Source: an uncultured Chloroflexia bacterium (GTDB taxonomy: Bacteria; Chloroflexota; Anaerolineae; DAOTYC01). From it: a DNA stretch of 64,000 nt. A program made the translations under genes and the position numbers. The notes below the pieces were generated by a model. It ran no database searches. It had not been told where the DNA came from and saw only the letters and a program-made list of their open reading frames with translations. The stretch is taken from NCBI GenBank assembly GCA_963843645.1, contig CAWJLE010000005.1:119494-183493 (forward strand), read 5' to 3'. Below are positions 56,817 through 64,000 of this stretch, piece by piece; within the stretch, counting starts at the first letter, position 1; every line of letters begins with the position of its first letter.

Positions 56817-57589
56817 ATGTCAACTGGACGATTGGCCGGCCGGGTGGCGTTGGTGACGGGCGGCGGTCGCGGGATCGGCAAGGCCATTGCGCTGTCGTAC
56901 GCCGAGGAGGGTGCGGACGTTATTGTGGTGGCACGGGGCAAGGACGAGACCGCCGGAACGGTCACGGAGATCGAGGCTCTCGGCAGCCGGGCGCTGGCGG
57001 TGACGGCGGACGTGACCCAGCCCGGCCGAAGTGGAGAACATGGTCGAGACCGGCCTCGAAGCGTTCGGCAAGATCGACATTCTGCTGAACGCGGCCGGGC
57101 AGCGTGCCGTATTCCCCAGTGCTGAGTTGACATTCGAGGACTGGCAGCGCGTGCTCGACGTGAACCTGACCGGCTCCTGGTTGTGCTCACAGGCCGTGGG
57201 CCGGACGATGATCGAGCGTGGATACGGCAAGATCATCATGATGGGTTCCATGCAGGCGCATGCCGGCGCCCCGGAGCGCGCCGTCTACATCGCTACGCAA
57301 GACCGCCCTGGTGGGGCTCACTCGAGCCCTGGGCGTGGAGTGGGCCAGCTACGGCATCAACGTGAACATTCTGTCCCCCGGCTATTTCCGAACCAAGGCC
57401 ATCGAACGGCAGTTTGCCATCGGCCAGCTGGACAAGGCGGCCATCGAGCGCCGGACCCCGGCGCACCGCCTCGGCGAGATGAAGGATCTGACCGGCCCGG
57501 CCGTGTTCCTGGCCTCAGCCGAATCGGACTTCATGTGCGGCCAGGCGCTCATCATCGACGGCGGGTTCATGGCCTACGGCTTCCTGTGA
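56817..57589 (+). CDS. Short-chain dehydrogenase/reductase (two frame breaks near 57023 and 57298)
   Basis: MSTGRLAGRVALVTGGGRGIGKAIAL...ALAVTADVTQP | AEVENMVETGLEAFGKIDILLNAAG...GSMQAHAGAPERAVYIAT | KTALVGLTRALGVEWASYGINVNILSPGY...ALIIDGGF, assembled from ORFs 56799.., 57031.. and 57260... Confidence 0.85.
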
Positions 57590-57659
57590 GCCGTAGAACC
57601 CGGCCATTGTCTTACGACATCAGCTAGTGAGCGCAAAGTGAACTGAAGAGAGGTGCTTT

Positions 57660-58573
57660 ATGCCTGACATTCCAGACTATGCGCGACCCTTTGGCCGGCC
57701 TGGATCGCAGCGCTACGACTTCTTCGTCGGCATCGATTCCGATGGCTGCGCGTTCGACACGATGGAAATCAAGCACAAGGAATGCTTCACCCCGGCCATC
57801 ATCAAATACTGGGACCTGCAGGCGGTCTCGAAGTACGCCCGCGAGGGCGGAGGAGTTCGTCAACCTCTACTCCAAGTGGCGTGGCATCAACCGTTTGCCG
57901 GCGCTGGTGATGGTCTTCGACCTGCTCGCGCGAGCGGCCCGAGGTCATCCGCCGCCACGTCGACTCCGCCCGAGGCGCCGAGGCTGCGTGAGTTCATCGC
58001 ATCCGGCAAGGCGCTCAGCAACGCAGTCGCTGAAGGAGCTGATGCGCAAGACCCACGATCCCGAGTACGTTCGCGCCCTGGCGTGGAGTCGAAGGCGTCA
58101 ACGCCGCCGTGGCCGACATGGTGCACGGCGTGCCGCCTTTCCCGTTCGTACGCGAAAGCCTGGAGACGCTGCAGTCGAAAGCCGACATGATCGTGCGTCT
58201 CCGCGACGCCGGGGGAGGCGCTGGCGCGTGAGTGGGACGAGCACGACATCGCCCGCTACATGCAGCTGATCTGCGGCCAGGAGATGGGCAAGAAGTCGGA
58301 GCACCTGCGCTATCGGGGCCAGGCGGCAAGTATCGGCCCGGACCACGTCCTCATGATCGGCGATGCGCCGGGCGACATGAAGGCGGCGCGCGACAACGAT
58401 GCTCTCTTCTATCCCGATCAACCCCGGCTTCGAGGACCAATCCTGGGAGCGGTTCTATCGCGAAGGGCATCGGTCGATTCCTGGCTGGAACCTACACTGG
58501 CGACTACGAAGCGGCTCTCGTTCGGGAGTTTGAAGCGTTGCTGCCGGACACACCACCCTGGAAGCGTAGCTGA
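57660..58573 (+). pseudogene. HAD-superfamily hydrolase-like gene interrupted by about eight frame breaks
   Basis: By switching frames I can read a continuous product: MPDIPDYARPFGRPGSQRYDFFVGIDSDGCAFDTMEIKHKE (DxDG motif I) ... AEEFVNLYSKWRGINRLPALVMVFDLL ... SLKELMRKTHDPEYVRALAW ... VNAAVADMVHGVPPFPFVRESLETLQSKADMIV VSATPGEALAREW ... VLMIGDAPGDMKAARDNDALFYP (motif IV-like) ... IGRFLAGTYTGDYEAALVREFEALL. I saw no premature stops other than those created by the shifts. Confidence 0.65.
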
Positions 58574-58687
58574 GGGCAGACTGCCGAAGCCACCGGCGTC
58601 GTTGCGGCCCGCGGTGGCTCCAAGCACAGTGTGTCGGCAGTCTTGAATTCGTCGGAAGTCTTTGAGACAAGAAGGAGGTATTGCAAA

Positions 58688-60131
58688 ATGAAATACGACA
58701 TGGGGCTCATCGGCCTGGCGGTCATGGGTCAGAACCTGGTTTTGAATATCGAGCGGAACGGTACGTCGGTGGCGGTCTTCAATCGCACCGGAGCGAAGAC
58801 CGATCAGTTTATGCAAGGAGCGCGCCGGGGGCAAGAAGATCGGTGCGGCCCACACGGTGGCCGAGTTCGTCGGCATGCTCAACACGCCGCGCAAGATCAT
58901 GATCATGGTCAAGGCCGGCCAGCCGGTGGACGACGTGATCGATGAGTTGCTGCCGTTGCTGGACAAGGGCGACCTGCTGATCGACGGCGGGAATTCATTC
59001 TTCAGGGACACCGAGCGCCGCAACAAATCGGTGACCGACAAAGGATTCCGCTACATCGGCACCGGCGTGTCCGGCGGCGAAGAGGGCGCTCTGTGGGGTC
59101 CGTCTATCATGCCGGGCGGCTCGCCTGAGGCGTACGAGATGGTTCGCCCGATGCTCGAAGGCGATCGCCGCCAAGGTGAAGGGCGAGCCCTGCGTGACCT
59201 ACATCGGTCCCGGCGGCGCCGGCCATTACGTGAAGATGGTGCACAATGGCATCGAGTACGGTGACATGCAGCTGATCGCCGAGGCGTACGACATCTTGCA
59301 CCGCGGCCTGGGCCTGTCCGCGGACGAGTTGCACGACGTCTTCTGCTGAGTGGAACAAGGGCGTCCTCCAGTCCTATCTGATCGAGATCACGGCGAATAT
59401 CTTCACGCGAAGCGATCCGGACACCGGCCAGCCGCTGGTGGACGTGATCCTGGACGAGGCGCAGCAGAAAGGCACCGGCAAGTGGACGTCACAGAGCGCG
59501 CTCGATTTGGGCGCGCCAATCCCGACGATTACCGCGGCGGTCGATTCGCGCATCATCTCGTCCTTCAAGGCGGACCGCGTGGCTGCCTCCAAGGTCCTGT
59601 CCGGACCGGACCCGCGGATCGATGTGACTCCGGAGGAGCGCAACGCCCTGATCGAGGACGTTGCGCCAGGCGCTCTTTGCGGCCAAGATCTGCTCCTACG
59701 CGCAGGGCATGGCTCTGCTGCGAACGGCCTCTCAGGATTACGGCTACGACCTGCCTTACGGCGAGATCGCCAAGATCTGGCGAGGCGGCTGCATCATCCG
59801 GGCGCAGTTCCTGGACGATATCCGCGAGGCCTTCCAGCGCAATCCGCAGCTGCCGAATCTGCTCGTCGATCCCTATTTCAAGAAGGCGGTCGAGGGCGCG
59901 CAGGCCTCGCTGCGGAAGGTCGTTGCAGCCGCCGCCGGCGCCGGCATTCCATGCCTGGCGACAGGCGCGTCTTTGGCCTACTTCGACGCCTATCGCAGCG
60001 CGCGGCTGCCGGCCAACCTGACCCAGGCCCAGCGCGATTATTTCGGCGCCCATACCTATCGACGGGTGGACAAAGAGGGCGTCTTCCACACCGAGTGGGC
60101 GACGGAAGAGCGCAGTCCTCAAAACTCTTAG
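58688..60131 (+). CDS. gnd: 6-phosphogluconate dehydrogenase, decarboxylating (four frame breaks near 58826, 59160, 59346, 59661)
   Basis: [25 protein letters not shown] ... [20 protein letters not shown] ... LIDGGNSFF ... [21 protein letters not shown] ... [25 protein letters not shown] ... [14 protein letters not shown] ... QKGTGKWT ... [13 protein letters not shown] ... [10 protein letters not shown], read across four frames. Confidence 0.9.
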
Positions 60132-60139
60132 GCCTTCAG

Positions 60140-60173
60140 ACTTCCGAAGTTTTCAAGACTTCGGAAGTTTTTG
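60140..60173 (+). terminator. Intrinsic terminator of gnd (11-bp stem ACTTCCGAAGT/ACTTCGGAAGT + T5)
   Basis: The stem is 60140-60150 / 60158-60168 with loop TTTCAAG, followed by TTTTT. A third partial copy, TTCGGAAG, follows at about 60176-60184. Confidence 0.75.
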
Positions 60174-60195
60174 AATTTCGGAAGCTCCCCAGTGC

Positions 60196-60237
60196 GGCCC
60201 CAGCAATCCGGTTCGTTCGAACCGGATTGCTGGGGCC
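60196..60237. repeat. 20-bp-arm palindrome GGCCCCAGCAATCCGGTTCG / CGAACCGGATTGCTGGGGCC
   Basis: The arms at 60196-60215 and 60218-60237 are exact reverse complements. This is a second hairpin stacked behind the gnd terminator, upstream of the coiled-coil gene. Confidence 0.85.
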
Positions 60238-60370
60238 GGAATTTCTTGTTATTTTGACCTTTGTGGGCTAAAATTGGTCGTAACAGGGCTCGTGAGAACC
60301 TCTCCCGGCCTCCCCTCTTTCGAAGGGGGATCGGGAGAGAGGTTTGGTTGAAGGAAGGAAAGCACGCCGT

Positions 60371-61535
60371 ATGGACATCAGCCAGCTGGCGCAGGCCGTC
60401 AAGTGGTTGGAGGAAGAGCAGACGCGTGACAAAGCCGACATCGAGCGGCTGGCGCAGCAGCTTGCCTCCACGCAGAATGACCTTATCGACCAGGCCAACA
60501 AGACCAAAGACCTGGAGGGCAGGCTGGCCGCCGCGAACGCCCAACTCAGTCGGACGACCCAGATCGAGACGGCGATGGAGAAGGCCCGCAAAGAGATCTC
60601 GCTGTTGGTCCAGCAGACGGACAGCCGGGTGCAGGCGGCCGAGCAGGGGCTCCTGGCCGCGCGTCACACCGAGCGCGAGTCAACCGCCAAGGCTATAGCG
60701 GACGTGCGCGTCGAGGTGGAACGGTACGCGCATTACGAAAAGGCGATCGAGAGTCAGCGTGTCGAGATTGCGCGCCTCAATGATGCGCTGTCGAAGCTGG
60801 CCCACCAGCTTACCGAGGATACCAAGGGTGTCAAGGAGAGGCTGCAGGGCCTGTCCTACCTGGAAGATTTGATCCGTCGCAACGAGCGCAACATTCAGCA
60901 GTTGCAGACGCTGGACGCCGAGTTGCGGCGGCAGCAGAGCCTGGCCACAGAAGCGCTCCAGAAGTCGGACTTCGAGCGGACGCGGCAAATGGCGGCCTGG
61001 CAGAAGGAATTCGATGCACAGCGTGTAATGCTGGAAGCGCTGGCGCCGCGCATCGCCACACTTCAGGAGCAGCAGGACTCCGGCCGGCACCTGGTCTCCG
61101 ACATGAAGAAGTTCGAGGAGCGTCTGCAATTGCAGCAGGATCAGGTAGCGTGAAACCCAGCGCTTGGCCGAGGAACGGCAGAAGCGTGAGCTCGGCGATT
61201 GGCAGGCCGAGAACGAAAAGCGTTGGAAGCGACTGGAAGTCATCACCGAGCAACAATGGGGAAAGCAGGCGACGGAGCACGAGCAGGCTGTGGCCCGCCT
61301 GAAGGTCTTGGAGGAACACCTGCCGCGCATTCTCAATCACCTGGATTGGCTGTGGCGGGCACAACGCGCTTTCGCCTATCATCAGGTGAGCGAGGTTCAA
61401 AAGTGGGTGACCGACTTCGAGGATCTGGTGGAGGGGCGAGACCAGGCCGAGTCGGACGGTTCGCAATCGGCTGCATCCAGAGGTCCCCGCTCAGACGTTG
61501 CGTCTGGTCCAGCTATGACCGCGAAGAGAGGTTAG
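60371..61535 (+). CDS. Coiled-coil protein of unknown function (one frame break near 61151)
   Basis: ATG at 60371 after GAAGGAAGGAAAG. It is heptad-rich (LAQQLASTQNDLIDQANKTKDLEGRLAAANAQL ...). ORF 60344..61153 ends ...LQLQQDQVA, and removing one base gives ETQRLAEERQKRELGDWQAENEKRWKRLE, continuing ORF 61164..61535. It ends 3 nt before selB. Confidence 0.6.
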
Positions 61536-61538
61536 CTG

Positions 61539-63453
61539 TTGCACGTCGTCGGCACCGCAGGTCACGTAGATCACGGCAAGTCAACGCTGGTTCGGGCAAT
61601 GACGGGAATCGATCCCGACCGGCTGAAGGAAGAAAAAGAACGGGAGATGACCATCGACCTGGGCTTCGCCTGGCTGACGCTGCCTAATGGCGAACAGGTC
61701 GGCCTCGTGGACGTTCCCGGGCACAAGGACTTCATCAAGAACATGCTGGCCGGTGTCGGTGGAATCGACGCGACTCTGTTCATCGTCGCCGCCGATGAAG
61801 GCGTAATGCCCCAGACACGCGAGCACCTGGCCATTCTGGACCTCCTCGGCGTAGAAGCAGGCGTGGTCGCCATCACCAAGAAGGACCTGGTGGAAGACGA
61901 GGAATGGCTCGAGCTGGTGATGGCCGAGGTATCGACCGAGCTTGAGGGGACCTGCCTGGGATCGGCGCCGATGGTGCCGGTGTCGGCGCGGACCGGTGAA
62001 GGGATTGCGGACCTGGTCGGCGAGCTGCAGCGGGTCCTGGGCGCCGCCCGCCGTTATCGCGATGACGGTCGACCTCGGCTTCCGATCGACCGCGTTTTCA
62101 GCGTGGCCGGTTTCGGCACGGTCGTCACCGGCACGTTGATCGACGGACAGCTCAAAGTGGGCCAGGAAGTGGAGATCCTGCCTCGAGGCCAGAAGGCGCG
62201 TATCCGCGGCTTACAGACCCACAAGGAGAAGCTGGACGTGGCATTCCCCAGCAGTCGCGTCGCGGTCAACCTGGTCGGGCGTCGCGGTGACGGACCTCGA
62301 ACGCGGCGACGTCCTGACCCTTCCCGGCTGGCTGGCTCCGACGCAGATGATTGACGTGCGTCTGCGGTACCTGGCCGACGCACCCTTGCCTCTCAAACAC
62401 AACGCCGAGGTCGATTTTCACAGCGGTGCCGCGCAGATTCCGACCTACGTCCGCCTGCTGGAGACGGACGCGCTGGAGCCGGGACAAACCGGGTGGGCGC
62501 AGCTCCGATTGGAGAGACCCGCCGTATTGCGCAAAGGCGACCGCTTCATTCTGCGCCAACCGTCGCCGAGCCTCACTGTGGGCGGCGGCGTGGTGGTCAA
62601 TGCCTACCCACGGCGACGATATCGGCGATTCCGCAACGAGATTGTGGAGCAACTCGAGACCCAGGCCCACGGCTCGCCGGACGAGATCTTGTTGCAGGCC
62701 CTCGAAGTGCAGCAGCCGTGCGAGACCAAAGAGCTGCTCAAGCGCTCAGCCTTGCCGAACGACGTGGCGATCGAAGCGCTGAACCAGCTCCTCGAGCGGG
62801 GAGAGGTTGTCCTGCTTGGAATTCTTCCCGAAGGCGCCGCCGCGGTGTCCAAATCTCAGCTGAACGGCGCGCTGGTAATGTCGCGTCCTGGCTGGCGCAG
62901 TCTGCTGGAACAGGCGGCCGCGTATCTGGCCGCGTATCACGGCCAGTACCCGCTGCGTCGGGGCATGCCGAAGGAAGAGCTGAAGAGCCGGATGCGACTG
63001 CCGACCCGCGTTTTCAACGAGGTCATGCTGTCGGCAGTTCGAGAGCAGGCGCTGAAAGAGCACGAAGCCTGGGTGAGTCTACCGGAGCACGAGGTGACGT
63101 TCGGCCCGGAGACGCAACGGCTGGTCGACCAGCTGCTCGGCGTGTTCCAAAAGCAGCCTTACGCCACGCCGTCCGTGGCCGATAGTGAGAAGATGGTCGG
63201 AGCAGACGTGCTGGGCGCTCTCATTGAACAGGGCACTCTGGTGAAGGTTAACGCCGACGTCCTGTTCCTGCGAGAGACCTACGACGAGATGGTTGCTCGG
63301 GTGAGCGGCTACATTCGCGACAATGGGAGCATCACTGTGGCGCAAGTGCGCGACATGTTTGAGGCCAGCCGCAAGTACGCCCTGGGTTTGATGGAATACC
63401 TGGACGAAAAGAAGATCACTCGTCGTCAGGGGGATGTGCGCATCTTGCGTTGA
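61539..63453 (+). CDS. selB: Selenocysteine-specific translation elongation factor SelB (one frame break near 62280)
   Basis: TTG start. [22 protein letters not shown] (G1), DVPGH (G3), TKKD (G4), and beta-barrel domains. After the join ...RVAVNLVG|[13 protein letters not shown] come about 250 aa of C-terminal winged-helix repeats (…[39 protein letters not shown]), the SECIS-binding hallmark. Confidence 0.9.
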
Positions 63454-63468
63454 GCACCCCCCTGAGGG

Positions 63469-63494
63469 ACTTCCGGATTCACTGAGCCGGAAGT
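63469..63494 (+). terminator. Hairpin ACTTCCGG-N10-CCGGAAGT after selB
   Basis: An 8-bp stem at 63469-63476 / 63487-63494, 16 nt after the selB stop. The T tract is weak (CTCTTTC at about 63504-63510). Confidence 0.4.
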
Positions 63495-63520
63495 TACGGT
63501 GATCTCTTTCAGAGGATAAT

Positions 63521-64000
63521 ATGCCTACCGAAAGTATGGACGAGTACATTGAGGCGATCTACCGCCTGGGCGGCGACGCCGGGCCGGTGGCGATGGGCGA
63601 CGTGGCGCAGCGTCTAGCCGTGTCTGTCGTGTCCGCCAATGAGATGGTGAAGAGGCTGGCTGCGCGAGGGCTGGTTGAATACGAACCCTATCGCGGCATC
63701 ATCCTGACCGGACCTGGGACAGAGCTGGCCTTGCGCGTTCTGCGCTGCCATCGTCTATGGGAACGTTTTCTCACGGATACCCTTGGCCTGCCGTGGGACC
63801 AGGTGCACGACGAGGCCTGCCGCCTCGAGCACGTCACCTCGCCCCTGGTCGAGGAGCGTCTGTCGGCCTTTCTCGGTGAGCCCACTCACTGCCCTCATGG
63901 GAACCCGGTTCCAGCCGCCGGCTCGACTCACGAGCCCAGGAACCTAACGAGTCTCTCACTCGCCGCGCTGCAGGCGGGCCAGTGCGCGGTCGTCACCAGC
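63521..64000 (+). CDS. DtxR/MntR-family metal-dependent transcriptional repressor (3' end outside window)
   Basis: ATG at 63521. MPTESMDEYIEAIYRLGGDAGPVAMGDVAQRLAVSVVSANEMVKRLAARGLVEYEPYRGIILTGPGTELALRVLRCHRLWERFLTDTLGLPWDQVHDEACRLEHVTSPLVEERLSAFLGEPTHCPHGNPVP. The frame is open to the window end and is not in the track because no stop is reached. Confidence 0.88.
   Translation, partial: MPTESMDEYIEAIYRLGGDAGPVAMGDVAQRLAVSVVSANEMVKRLAARGLVEYEPYRGIILTGPGTELALRVLRCHRLWERFLTDTLGLPWDQVHDEACRLEHVTSPLVEERLSAFLGEPTHCPHGNPVPAAGSTHEPRNLTSLSLAALQAGQCAVVTS

Noticed and set aside
61146-61166. In-frame TGA at 61151-61153 of the coiled-coil gene as a possible selenocysteine codon, given selB next door.
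   Set aside because: Read-through in the same frame reaches another stop after 12 codons. A 1-nt shift restores about 125 more residues of the same coiled-coil character (ETQRLAEERQKRELGDWQAENEKRW...). No SECIS-like hairpin is evident immediately downstream.

Overview
High-GC bacterial chromosome segment. Gene content and repeat style suggest a monoderm-type lineage such as Chloroflexota, but I cannot verify that here. Most of it is core housekeeping: the pheT 3' end; a tRNA(Thr-Tyr-Thr)-tuf-rpmG-tRNA(Trp)-secE-nusG-rplKAJL block; an Rrf2 regulator - cysteine desulfurase - radical SAM - mnmA operon; priA, gmk/remA, tmk/darA, gatB, asnS, queA, gnd, selB; and a xylose-isomerase-like gene with xylulokinase. 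Accessory patches include: (a) a GT39-like membrane protein with a degenerate Ras-like protein, pcm and an orphan receiver; (b) a gatB-coupled sensor kinase / NarL-type regulator / Cys-Trp-rich membrane protein operon; (c) tandem secreted cyclase-family paralogues next to a C45 hydrolase. I saw no rRNA, CRISPR array, transposase, integrase or phage genes. Two points stand out. First, about thirty 1-nt frame breaks, including in tuf, rplA, asnS and pheT, point to indel-type assembly errors, with a dense hot spot at 56.8-59.7 kb. Second, the non-coding DNA holds unusually long perfect palindromes (2 x 52 bp at 31131-31238; 2 x 42 bp at 51213-51306), a CAGATGAACGCAGA inverted repeat, and a recurring GACTTCCGRAG hairpin family at gene 3' ends. 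I found no compelling, complete novel multi-gene system. The best follow-up candidates are listed as findings with modest scores.
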